Assembly: GCA_964403585.1 (NCBI GenBank)
Contig: CAYOFQ010000001.1
Span: 1,152,826-1,216,825 of the forward strand
From: an uncultured Gammaproteobacteria bacterium
Lineage (GTDB): Bacteria > Patescibacteriota > Microgenomatia > JALYQM01
Direction of reading: 5' to 3'
Length of the DNA stretch: 64,000 nucleotides
The number at the start of each line of letters is the position of its first letter. The stretch's first letter is position 1. Shown piece after piece: positions 17,619 to 27,129 of this stretch. The notes beneath the pieces are model-generated. The model was given only the letters and a program-made list of their open reading frames with translations, was not told where the DNA came from and did no database searches. The position numbers were made by a program, and so were the translations under genes.

Positions 17619-19343
17619 ATGAGCGTAGAGACAAATAATCGCTATAAAACCTTTGATTCTCAATTGCTTTTAGGCAATACGGGAATCTTTGGTCGCCGCC
17701 GGGAAGATACTCTTCCCCTCTACGCCCCTTTGAACAGAAAGTTGGCCGATGTTCGTCCATATACCCGAATGAGAATCGACGGCCAAGACTACAATGCAAT
17801 TTCCGACTTCCGTACCGTGCGATCATTATTAAATGACTTAATTCCGACGCAGGCAGATATAATTCGTTGGGGAGTAACCCACCCGGACATCGTACATAAA
17901 CACCAGTCCGAGTATATCGGGGCTCTTTCAGCTCAATCCGTTCGACAACCCGGAGAAAAGTTAAATATAGCTGAGGCCATATTAGCCATCAATAGTCAAA
18001 ATGAAATCCTCCAAGAAGTTGCTCGTGACAATTTAATTCGGATTATGATGGAACGTCATGGATTTAACCCTAATGATGAATGTGATAGTGAAAAATTCAA
18101 CCAATACCTATTACAAGGCACTAGAGTAGCCGACGAACTCATCAACGAAGAACGCGATTTTCTAACCCCTGTTTGGGAAAAATCATCACTCCCTACCGTA
18201 ACAGAATTACAGGAACAAGTTAAAACTGATAATTTGTACACATTAATCCGATTCGCAACAAATCCTCGTGCAACCGCAAAAATACGTGAAGAAGCAACAC
18301 GAAAAGCAGTATTAATTGACCAAGCGATAGCGGCTATCTTGCGGATTGAGTCCGCAAACGGAACCATTGAAGAGGTTCATAAAGTTCTTGATGCCCACTT
18401 ATGGGAAGAAGAACAAATTGGCGAAATCCAACTCCGTGGTATTGTAATGACCCATGATGTTCGTACAGAACGATGCTTGTCTTGGGAAATCTACGATCCA
18501 CAAAAGCACGGCGCTCGTGGAAGTAGACTTCCCAAAGGTGAAACCTGGGTACAAAGATACTATGAAATGCCGTTCCACCAAATAATTCATAACGAGGAAC
18601 AACTCCAGATCCTAATGACCAGTCGAAAAAAGGAAGACGTCGCAACTCTTGCAAAATTACTCTTGAAAAACGGTGAACTCCCTGAAGATATCCGTGGAAT
18701 CCGATTCGTAGTCGATAGTCCTGAGCACGCAAAGTTGTTATCACAGCTCCTGGTTAATGCATTTCATAAATCAGGTTGGTTGCTAATGCCACAAGAGAAA
18801 GGACAAACTTTAACCCTCACTGGAGGTTTCAGCATCGAGCTAGCTGATGGGACTCACTGCGAATTTGTTCCTCCAGATGAAGTTATCAATCAAGCCAAAA
18901 GTAGCGGATTCGGCGTATTGCAATTTGATGCCCAAGTTGAAGCAGCAACTCCAACAGCACAACACACGTTACACCCAATGAAACAATTTGAGGTTCAAAT
19001 ATTCTCGATTGCCTCACTCAGAAATTCCCAGCGAGAATGGGAAATCGGTGATCCTAAACCAAATTTTCATGCCGGATATGTTTTGACAAAACGGTTCTTC
19101 GAGCGAAGGATAATCCTAGACCAGTTTGGTAACCCGGCAACAGCGGACAACTACTACACGCGATTATTCCCGGATTGGTATCTAACACGAATACAACAGA
19201 GAAGAGACGAAACAGACGTAGATAGAGCATCCCGTATCAGAACAATGCTAGATTCAGAGGAACAACCATTCAGATTAATGCTTATAGAAGGAGCTCACCG
19301 CCGTATTAGAGATGAGAGCTCAAACCGCTACATCCCATACTAA
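17619..19343 (+). CDS. hypothetical 574-aa protein with a possible divergent RelA/SpoT-like (nucleotidyltransferase) core
   Basis: Long uninterrupted ORF. Central region carries SRKKEDVATLAK, PEDIRGIRFVVD, GGFSIEL and FEVQIFS..REWEIG, which align in order with GRAKHMYSLWKK, ADLIAVRVIL, NGYRSLHT and MEVQIRT..AEYGIASH of the genuine Rel in this window. Confidence 0.45.
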   Translation: MSVETNNRYKTFDSQLLLGNTGIFGRRREDTLPLYAPLNRKLADVRPYTRMRIDGQDYNAISDFRTVRSLLNDLIPTQADIIRWGVTHPDIVHKHQSEYIGALSAQSVRQPGEKLNIAEAILAINSQNEILQEVARDNLIRIMMERHGFNPNDECDSEKFNQYLLQGTRVADELINEERDFLTPVWEKSSLPTVTELQEQVKTDNLYTLIRFATNPRATAKIREEATRKAVLIDQAIAAILRIESANGTIEEVHKVLDAHLWEEEQIGEIQLRGIVMTHDVRTERCLSWEIYDPQKHGARGSRLPKGETWVQRYYEMPFHQIIHNEEQLQILMTSRKKEDVATLAKLLLKNGELPEDIRGIRFVVDSPEHAKLLSQLLVNAFHKSGWLLMPQEKGQTLTLTGGFSIELADGTHCEFVPPDEVINQAKSSGFGVLQFDAQVEAATPTAQHTLHPMKQFEVQIFSIASLRNSQREWEIGDPKPNFHAGYVLTKRFFERRIILDQFGNPATADNYYTRLFPDWYLTRIQQRRDETDVDRASRIRTMLDSEEQPFRLMLIEGAHRRIRDESSNRYIPY

Positions 19344-20743
19344 ACCTGCTCTAAGATTCTTTTTTCAAGGTATTCTTTTGTATTCTTGGCAGGATCATCC
19401 AGAACTTCTTCAAATAACTGATTAAGCGTTTGTCCAATTTTCGGTCCGGGAGGAATAGCGAGAATACGCATGACATCACGCCCATCAATAGCCAAATCCT
19501 TCACGGTAAATGTTGGCATCAGCAATGTTTCAATGCGCTTTTTGAACTCTTTCAACCGCCAGCCTTCCGGGTCCTTGGTTCCGCTCCCTAAACGATCACC
19601 AATGCGCACATCAACCATATCATTAATATTTTCCACCCCGACCTTCCGGATAAACCGCCGCACCGCCGCATCGGTCTGAATCGTATCTACACTAAACATA
19701 TGATGACGCACCAGAGTGTACAACTTCTCGCGGTCTTTTTTTGACAAGTGTAATCGCGCAGCAATAGCACGAACCATTTTTCCGCCCACTATATCGTGAT
19801 TATAAAAAGTATTGATACCGTCACGCACTTCATGCGTAACCGGCTTACCGATATCATGTAACAGTGCCGCCAAACGGACAATGCCGTCATTGGAAGGACA
19901 ATGTCTCAACGCATTAAGACTATGCTCAAAAACATCAAATACATGATGACCTCGCTGATCAAGACCCCGACCGGCGACCAGTTCAGGCAAAATAAACTTG
20001 AGTAGCCCCAGGTCGTCCAATAAATGAACTCCCTCATAAGCGCGATCCGACTTAATCACTTTCAGCAACTCATCACGAATACGCTCTCCCGAAATATACT
20101 GGATGTTTTCACTTTTCTGCTTAATTGCCTCAGCTGTTTTTTCCTCAATTGCAAAACCAAGCTGACAAGAAAAACGGACTGCACGTAACATGCGCAACGC
20201 ATCTTCATGAAACCGCTCGCTCGCTACACCAACTGCGCGGATAACCTGCCGCTGAAGGTCAACCAATCCACCATAGGGATCAATCAAGACAAACTCACCA
20301 ACTCCCAGACGAACCATTCCTTGCGAATCCTCACTAACACCGGATAAAATATCTTTCTCAATTCGCAACGCAATTGCGTTAATAGTGAAATCCCGCCGTA
20401 ATAAATCGTCTTCAATGGAATCTCCCCAGCTGACCGAATCCGGACGTCTGAAATCAGTGTATGAACCCTCACTGCGAAAAGTTGTGACATGAACGACAAT
20501 CGGATCCTCAACAACACGCATAACAACGCCAACCGTACCAAAAGAGTTGTCATAGAACGTCTCTTCAAAAAGCGCCTGCACTTGTTCCGGAGTAGCATTG
20601 GTGGTAACATCCCAATCATTCGGTTCTTTATTCAGCAATACATCCCGGACCGGACCGCCAACAACATATCCTTCATAGCCTGCCGCAGCAAGCTTTTTTA
20701 GCGTTATCATAATATAATGAGGAACAAAGATATCCGAAGCCAT
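19340..20743 (-). CDS. cca: CCA-adding enzyme / tRNA nucleotidyltransferase with C-terminal HD domain
   Basis: Pol-beta head GGPVRDVLL...DWDV, RxD motifs, HD domain LLHDIGKP; 467 aa. Confidence 0.85.
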   Translation of the reverse strand: MASDIFVPHYIMITLKKLAAAGYEGYVVGGPVRDVLLNKEPNDWDVTTNATPEQVQALFEETFYDNSFGTVGVVMRVVEDPIVVHVTTFRSEGSYTDFRRPDSVSWGDSIEDDLLRRDFTINAIALRIEKDILSGVSEDSQGMVRLGVGEFVLIDPYGGLVDLQRQVIRAVGVASERFHEDALRMLRAVRFSCQLGFAIEEKTAEAIKQKSENIQYISGERIRDELLKVIKSDRAYEGVHLLDDLGLLKFILPELVAGRGLDQRGHHVFDVFEHSLNALRHCPSNDGIVRLAALLHDIGKPVTHEVRDGINTFYNHDIVGGKMVRAIAARLHLSKKDREKLYTLVRHHMFSVDTIQTDAAVRRFIRKVGVENINDMVDVRIGDRLGSGTKDPEGWRLKEFKKRIETLLMPTFTVKDLAIDGRDVMRILAIPPGPKIGQTLNQLFEEVLDDPAKNTKEYLEKRILEQV

Positions 20744-20815
20744 AATAGCTCAAGTATATCACAGCACCCTGAAAAACTCGTTGACTTTTAGACGTAAAAC
20801 GATGTAAATAGAGAG

Positions 20816-22525
20816 ATGATGAAACAAAAGATTTGGAAAATATTAAGTAAGGCCACGACACAGTTGAACTCAATAGAAGATATCTTAAAAATACTCTACG
20901 CCAACCGCTCACTTACTACTCCCGACAGTATTCAATCATTTATGCGCCCATCGCTCATGAGTGTAGATTTCTCCGTTGGGGATATGGACAAAGTAGTAAA
21001 ACGGCTCAAAGAAGCCATCACCAAAAAAGAAAAAATCATCGTCTACGGGGACTACGATGCCGACGGCGTAACTGCAACAGCCATCATGTGGGAAGCATTA
21101 TATAAACTCGGCGCAAATGTAAAACCATACATCCCGCATCGCGAACGCGAAGGGTACGGCATGTCTATCGTTGGCATTGACACACTCGCCGAAACTGAGA
21201 AACCCGACCTCATTGTTACCGTTGACCAGGGAATCAGCTGCCGCAAACAAATCGCCTATGCACAGGAAAAAGGCATTGAAGTGATCGTCACCGACCATCA
21301 CCACAAACCTGAACTACTCCCCGAAAATTGTCTGATTGTTCACGATGCCCGAATTTCAGGTGCCGGCGTTGCCTGGAAAACCATCGTCAAACTCATTTCA
21401 TATATTCATGAAGAACCAATTGAAGATCTTCTCTCCAAATCATATGAATCAACGGATGCCCGATCACTGCCACTGAGATTGTTAGAATTGGCCTGCATCG
21501 GTATTGTCTGCGATTTAATCCCCTTGCAGGGAGAATCACGAACATTGGTGATGCACGGACTTGATCAGTTACGGAAAAGCAACCGCCCCGGGTTACTCGC
21601 CCTGGCAAAATCAGCCAACTTTGACTTAAAAGCAGCACAAGGCTATCACATCGGGTATATCATCGGCCCGCGCATTAACGCCATGGGTCGGCTGGAACAC
21701 GCCATGGACTCACTTCGCCTTCTCTGCACCACCAATCAGGCTAAAGCCGATGAACTTATCCAAAAAGTGAACATGGTCAATGATGATCGCAAAGACCTGA
21801 CTCAAACTTTAATTGATCAGGCAAGACGCCAGGCAGAAGAACAACTGAACCATAAAATATTAATTCTCGGTAATCCGCAGTGGAACCCCGGCGTAATCGG
21901 GCTGGTAGCTTCCCGTATGGTTGAAGAATTTTATAAGCCCACAATTGTCTGGGGATCATCTCCCGATCACGCCAATATTTATAAAGCCTCCGCCCGTTCG
22001 GTTCGCGGCTTTAATATTATTGATGCGATCACCGAAAGCAGTGAGCATTTGCTAAGTTATGGCGGACACCCTATGGCAGCCGGATTATCTGTTTCACCTG
22101 ACGCCATTGCCGACTTCACCAAAGCCATGCGTCAACTCGCTTCTGATGGTATCACCGCCGACATGACCAATCCCAGTTTGGATATCGACTGCTCTCTCCC
22201 GCTTCCGCTTATCTCCGAACAGCTCCATACTGCCATACAGGAATTGAAACCGTTTGGAATTAATGCCGAGGAACCACTCTTCACCACTGAAAAAGTAACC
22301 GTCATTGAAACTCGAGCACTCGGTGCGGAGAACAAACATTTAAAACTGAAAGTTACCCATAAAGAAAGCAAGAGCAAACCATTCGAAGCCATAGCATTCA
22401 ACTTCGGTGAACTTAATACCCAAATTCGTCCTGGCAATCCGATCGACCTCGCCTATCATGTGGATATTAATGAATGGAATGGCAAAAAAACAGTGCAGCT
22501 AAAAGTAAGAGATATAAAAATTTAA
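20816..22525 (+). CDS. recJ: single-stranded-DNA-specific exonuclease RecJ
   Basis: DHH motifs (YGDYDADGVTA, VIVTDHHH), DHHA1 (GGHPMAAG), C-terminal OB region; 569 aa. Confidence 0.85.
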   Translation: MMKQKIWKILSKATTQLNSIEDILKILYANRSLTTPDSIQSFMRPSLMSVDFSVGDMDKVVKRLKEAITKKEKIIVYGDYDADGVTATAIMWEALYKLGANVKPYIPHREREGYGMSIVGIDTLAETEKPDLIVTVDQGISCRKQIAYAQEKGIEVIVTDHHHKPELLPENCLIVHDARISGAGVAWKTIVKLISYIHEEPIEDLLSKSYESTDARSLPLRLLELACIGIVCDLIPLQGESRTLVMHGLDQLRKSNRPGLLALAKSANFDLKAAQGYHIGYIIGPRINAMGRLEHAMDSLRLLCTTNQAKADELIQKVNMVNDDRKDLTQTLIDQARRQAEEQLNHKILILGNPQWNPGVIGLVASRMVEEFYKPTIVWGSSPDHANIYKASARSVRGFNIIDAITESSEHLLSYGGHPMAAGLSVSPDAIADFTKAMRQLASDGITADMTNPSLDIDCSLPLPLISEQLHTAIQELKPFGINAEEPLFTTEKVTVIETRALGAENKHLKLKVTHKESKSKPFEAIAFNFGELNTQIRPGNPIDLAYHVDINEWNGKKTVQLKVRDIKI

Positions 22526-22793
22526 ACTTTGGAAAATACAAAGGCAAGAGGCTGATTACGGTTCGGAAAAATGGTGATACTTATTGTTAAAATAATGGTG
22601 TAGTCGTAACTACAAACTACTTCAACAAGAGTTTCCATAAATTCACCTTTCATAAATAGTCGACTGTTGAGTCACAAGGTGCGGCGCCAAAGGCCCCACT
22701 TTGCTACACACTTTGTGACTCAACACGAGCAACGTACAAGACAGCGGACAACACAACGCCACGAAGGAATGGTACTAACCGCAGAAATTCAAG

Positions 22794-23240
22794 CTATGGC
22801 ATAACCATTTTAGCCTGCTCCGGCGTATAATACCGAACCCACGACTCGAGATCTGCGGTGTAGCCGATCAGCCTACCATCAGGATCCTCGATCATGTGTA
22901 GGGTAATACCCGGAACTTGCCTACCGGCGTAGGTTGCGACTCCAGTCGACCAGTCGACACTAGCAGGCATGCCGGAAGTCTTACTGATCATGAGCTGGAA
23001 CGCGGTGCGCGGTCCAGTACCCATAAGTCGGAACCAAGGCCCGTCATTTGTGTCACCATTGTAGAAATAGGCCTGGTTTGCTGAACCAGCCTGAATAAAA
23101 ACACGGGTGGTGGCAGAATCAGCGGCGCGGGCGGCCGGCACAGCGGTCAGAGCGATCAGAATAAGCGCGATAATCTTTAGGCCAAAACGGCGAATGAGCA
23201 TGGTAGCGGCGGCGCGGCTAGTTGATATGAAGGACTTCAT
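22794..23240 (-). CDS. small secreted hypothetical protein in a high-GC islet
   Basis: Start at MKSF (AAGGAG Shine-Dalgarno 7 nt upstream) gives a signal peptide IIALILIALTAVPAARA; roughly 55% GC against about 42% in flanks. The longer ORF-track start at 23333 would encode through a palindromic operator. Confidence 0.5.
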   Translation of the reverse strand: MKSFISTSRAAATMLIRRFGLKIIALILIALTAVPAARAADSATTRVFIQAGSANQAYFYNGDTNDGPWFRLMGTGPRTAFQLMISKTSGMPASVDWSTGVATYAGRQVPGITLHMIEDPDGRLIGYTADLESWVRYYTPEQAKMVMP

Positions 23241-23615
23241 TAGGTCTCTCCTTAAATTTGTTGCGTCGGTTGGATTATCATGTGGGGCATGCATGCCACA
23301 AAACTTATGGCATCTATGCCCCACACGGTACAAAGTGTATAAACTATTTCAGAAAGGTTATTCGGCACATACGAAATTTCGGACGTACCAAACCCGAGCC
23401 TGATTTAAGGCTTTCGCCTCAAACTAATCAGCCTCTCGTTTTAAAGAACAATATGAACTCAAGTGAGCTCATAGCCTCTTATAGATCGCACGCTCAAGTG
23501 AGCGAAGACCCACTCGGGGCACCTTATATAATATCACATTTTTAGCCTAAAATCAAATACTATAGGATATATTGTCTATTATTTCCCCTCTTGCTCTCTG
23601 GAGTATAATTAACTA

Positions 23616-25706
23616 ATGATCACCGCCCAGGAAATCATCGATACCGCCAGGAAAAAACGTAAAAATATTGATGAGGCGAACATCAACCGCGCCTACCGTT
23701 ATGGCTTTAAATCACATGAAGGTCAAAAAAGAAAATCCGGCGAACCGTTCTTTATTCATCCGGCAAACGTTGCCCTGATTGTCGCCGAAATGGGATTGGA
23801 TGACGCCTCAATTATTGCCGCACTCCTGCATGATGTTGTTGAAGATACTCAGGTACCGATTGAAGAAATTGAGCTAGCTTTTGGAAAAGACGTTGCCTCA
23901 TTGGTACAAGGTGAAACCAACCTTGGTCTTCTTAAGTTTATCTCCGAAGACCGCCAGGAATATCTTGTCGAGAATCTGCGCAAAATGTTTTTAGCCATGG
24001 CCAAAGACATCCGGGTTGTTCTCATCAAGCTCGCAGATCGTCTACACAACATGCGAACCATGAAATACATGCCGCCTGAAAAACGTATTCGTAAGTCTAA
24101 GGAAACCCTCGAAATATACGCACCACTCGCCTCCCGACTTGGAATGGGACAGATGCGCGGCGAACTGGAAGATCTCGCATTCCAATGGGTTTATCCGAAA
24201 GAGTATGAAGAGTTAAAAGAACAAACCAGAGTTCTTTTTAAGGAAGGCAACCGTTATATCTCGGTGGTAAAACGAAAATTGCAGGATGCGCTGAATCAGG
24301 AAAACATTGATGCCGGAGTTGAAGGCAGGGCTAAACACATGTACTCATTATGGAAAAAACTGCAACGGCCTGAATTTAATAATGATATTACTAAGATCGC
24401 CGATCTAATCGCAGTTCGGGTTATTCTGAATAACGAAAGTATTGAAAATTGTTATGTTGTTCTCGGATTAGTACACCAGATCTGGACACCATTAGCCGGG
24501 CGCGTCAGCGATTATATCGCTGTCCCCAAAGCCAACGGGTATCGAAGTCTTCATACCAAAGTATTTGTGGAAAAAGGCCGGGTAATGGAAGTTCAGATTA
24601 GAACCCGGTCAATGCATGAACAAGCCGAATACGGTATTGCTTCACATATTATTTATGAGCAGGCAAAAACCAAACGTGGTGTTACCGATACTGAAGTAGA
24701 TGAAGGATTCAAAGCCTCGAAGGAACAATTACAGTGGATTCAGGAACTCACCAAGTGGCAAAAAGAAGAACCTGACAGTCAGGGATTCTTAAAAGGACTA
24801 AAACACGATTTGTTCAAAGATCGAATTTTTGTATACACCCCTAAAGGCGATGTTAAAGATTTACCGCTCGGCGCTACACCCGTAGATTTTGCTTATGCTA
24901 TTCACTCGGAAATAGGGAATAAGACAGTCGGCGCTAAAGTAGACAGCCATATTGTCCCGCTCAACTATCAACTGCGTAATGGTGAAATCGTCGAGATTCT
25001 TACGGCTAAAGAGAAGAAAGCTCCCTCATCCGACTGGCTGCAATTTGTCATTACCAATAACGCCCGTAAACAAATTCAAAAAGCAGCTAACATAAACGAA
25101 CAAAGGACTGAAAAAGAGCTCGTCGAAGCAGACTTTGAACCGGCCACTCACACGAAACGTTCGGATGATTTCCCCGATGCTACTCCGAGTTCCTCTTTAC
25201 TCAATCCGATGTCGATCGTCGGAAAGGTCCAAACCGCCCTTAAAAATCGCTGGTACAAAAAACAGGTTACCAGTAAAGCAGCCGTAGTAGTCCACGGCCT
25301 GCACGGAGTAGCAACCCGTTTGGCAAAATGTTGTAATCCCCTCCCCGGTGAAGAAATCGTTGGATTTGTAACCCAAACTCAGGTAGTATCCATCCACAGT
25401 GCTATTTGTCCAAATGTTTCCAATATCATTCATAAGGAAAAACAAATTCCGGTAACGTGGTCACTACCCGAAGGAATGGTCAAAGCCCAACGCATGAAAG
25501 TAGAAATGACCTATCGCGAAGGCGCATTACGGGATATCACCAAAGCCTTATCCGATATTCGGGTTGCCATTGAACAATTCGAACAGCTCCCGGCCCACGA
25601 CGGAATACTAAAAATTCAGTTTGTAGTAGGATTGGAATCGGACAACCAGCGACAATTACTCTATTCCCGGTTACAAAAAGTTCGCGGTGTACAGTCGGTA
25701 GAATAA
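23616..25706 (+). CDS. relA: bifunctional (p)ppGpp synthetase/hydrolase (long RSH: HD-synthetase-TGS-ACT)
   Basis: HD motif ALLHDVVEDT; synthetase motifs GRAKHMYSLWKK, DLIAVRVI, YRSLHT, EVQIRT; TGS and C-terminal ACT; 696 aa. Confidence 0.9.
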   Translation: MITAQEIIDTARKKRKNIDEANINRAYRYGFKSHEGQKRKSGEPFFIHPANVALIVAEMGLDDASIIAALLHDVVEDTQVPIEEIELAFGKDVASLVQGETNLGLLKFISEDRQEYLVENLRKMFLAMAKDIRVVLIKLADRLHNMRTMKYMPPEKRIRKSKETLEIYAPLASRLGMGQMRGELEDLAFQWVYPKEYEELKEQTRVLFKEGNRYISVVKRKLQDALNQENIDAGVEGRAKHMYSLWKKLQRPEFNNDITKIADLIAVRVILNNESIENCYVVLGLVHQIWTPLAGRVSDYIAVPKANGYRSLHTKVFVEKGRVMEVQIRTRSMHEQAEYGIASHIIYEQAKTKRGVTDTEVDEGFKASKEQLQWIQELTKWQKEEPDSQGFLKGLKHDLFKDRIFVYTPKGDVKDLPLGATPVDFAYAIHSEIGNKTVGAKVDSHIVPLNYQLRNGEIVEILTAKEKKAPSSDWLQFVITNNARKQIQKAANINEQRTEKELVEADFEPATHTKRSDDFPDATPSSSLLNPMSIVGKVQTALKNRWYKKQVTSKAAVVVHGLHGVATRLAKCCNPLPGEEIVGFVTQTQVVSIHSAICPNVSNIIHKEKQIPVTWSLPEGMVKAQRMKVEMTYREGALRDITKALSDIRVAIEQFEQLPAHDGILKIQFVVGLESDNQRQLLYSRLQKVRGVQSVE

Positions 25707-27128
25707 TTACCTCAACAGTTTCTTATAAATCTCACAATATTCCCGGGCTGGTACCGTCCAGGAAAAGTCACGCTGCATCGCATTCACAACCATTTCCTTC
25801 CAATACTCCCGGTTTCCATGCCATTCATCATACACATATGAAAGCACATCATCAAATTCAGTTACCGTTGATTGTTCAAACAGAAAACCGCATTGGGTAC
25901 CTTCACGATCGTCAATCGTATCAACGAGTCCACCAACCATTCGACCTATCGGCAACGAACCATAGCGCATTGCAATCATTTGAGTGAGCCCGCACGGTTC
26001 ATACAAAGAAGGCACCAGGAAAGCATCACTACCAGCATAGATTAGCCGGGCATACGCTTCATCGAAACGATTAATAAATTTCACCCGATTATTATGTTTT
26101 AACGCTAAACTATGCAACATCTCAGTTAATTTAGATTCACCCACACCAAGGAAAATAAACCGCATGTTAGGATTAGCATGCTGTTTGATGGTTTCCACCA
26201 TCAGTTCAACATTCTTTTGTTCAGCAATTCGACCAACAAAGCCAAAGAGCATACTTGAAGCCGGATCGGCATCATCCCATTTTTCTTTTTTAAATAATTC
26301 AGTTTTAGCATGCAGCTTACCTTCTTCCCAGTCTGCTACCGAATACGTATGGGCAATAAACGGATCCTTGTTAGGGTTATAATAGTCAACATCAATACCG
26401 TTGGTAACTCCCACAAACTTATGACTATTTTTATCAACCACAGACTCTAACCCAAAACAAAACTCACCCTCAAGTAATTCCTGCGCATAATTTTTGGATA
26501 CGGGCACCACAGCATCGGCAGATGTTACACCCGTACCCATCAATTCATGAGTAGTATCGCTACCATCAATCTCCCGGTTCAATAAGGAATCCGTAACGGT
26601 TCCCTTATTACCAAGGTTATGAACACTTAATACCGATTTAACAGTATAATCAAGCGGCTGATCACGAAGAAGTTTTAATAACAATGAAGTATGCCAGTCA
26701 TGACAATGAATAACATCGGACTGAAGCTCTCCCAGTTTAAGCAACGTATGTACTGCCTTACAAAAGAACATAAATCGGCGCGGCTCATCATTACCAACTG
26801 CCATCGCGTCGTCCGACAAATAAATCCCCCCATTGGAAAGATACGTATCATTCAATATCAAATACAGCCAGACATCGGTGGTTTGAAAATGAACCCGATG
26901 CAACTGACATATTTCATCACGTCCTTCAAAATGAACGACAAAGTTTGGCGATCCGTCAATTTGAATAAGTTCACTTGGACTATCCTTAAGATGCTTATAC
27001 AAAGGCAGAACTACTGAAACTTCCACTCCCTGAGAAACCAGTGCCTGAGGCAAAGCACTAATAACATCTCCCAATCCACCAACTTTGGCGAAAGGAGTAC
27101 ATTCTGAAGCTACAAAAAGAATCTTCAT
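25707..27128 (-). CDS. glgA: glycogen/starch synthase (GT5)
   Basis: N-terminal MKILFVASECTPFAKVGGLGDV (K-x-GGL motif); C-terminal GT-B fold. Confidence 0.85.
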   Translation of the reverse strand: MKILFVASECTPFAKVGGLGDVISALPQALVSQGVEVSVVLPLYKHLKDSPSELIQIDGSPNFVVHFEGRDEICQLHRVHFQTTDVWLYLILNDTYLSNGGIYLSDDAMAVGNDEPRRFMFFCKAVHTLLKLGELQSDVIHCHDWHTSLLLKLLRDQPLDYTVKSVLSVHNLGNKGTVTDSLLNREIDGSDTTHELMGTGVTSADAVVPVSKNYAQELLEGEFCFGLESVVDKNSHKFVGVTNGIDVDYYNPNKDPFIAHTYSVADWEEGKLHAKTELFKKEKWDDADPASSMLFGFVGRIAEQKNVELMVETIKQHANPNMRFIFLGVGESKLTEMLHSLALKHNNRVKFINRFDEAYARLIYAGSDAFLVPSLYEPCGLTQMIAMRYGSLPIGRMVGGLVDTIDDREGTQCGFLFEQSTVTEFDDVLSYVYDEWHGNREYWKEMVVNAMQRDFSWTVPAREYCEIYKKLLR

Positions 27129-27129
27129 A

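Noticed and set aside
17527-17826. 99-aa minus-strand ORF
   Set aside because: Antisense to the attenuator leader and the 5' end of the 574-aa gene; no support.
18334-18744. Antisense ORFs inside the 574-aa gene, and the many similar 60-130-aa ORFs inside recJ, rel, glgA, polA, ftsH and the other large genes
   Set aside because: Shadow ORFs on the opposite strand of well-supported long genes; no independent evidence.
23241-23333. Longer N-terminus (MYRVGHRCHKFCGMHAPHD...) for the high-GC secreted protein
   Set aside because: The extension is encoded by a nested palindrome (likely an operator) and lacks a ribosome-binding site, whereas MKSF has AAGGAG at -7 and starts a canonical signal peptide.
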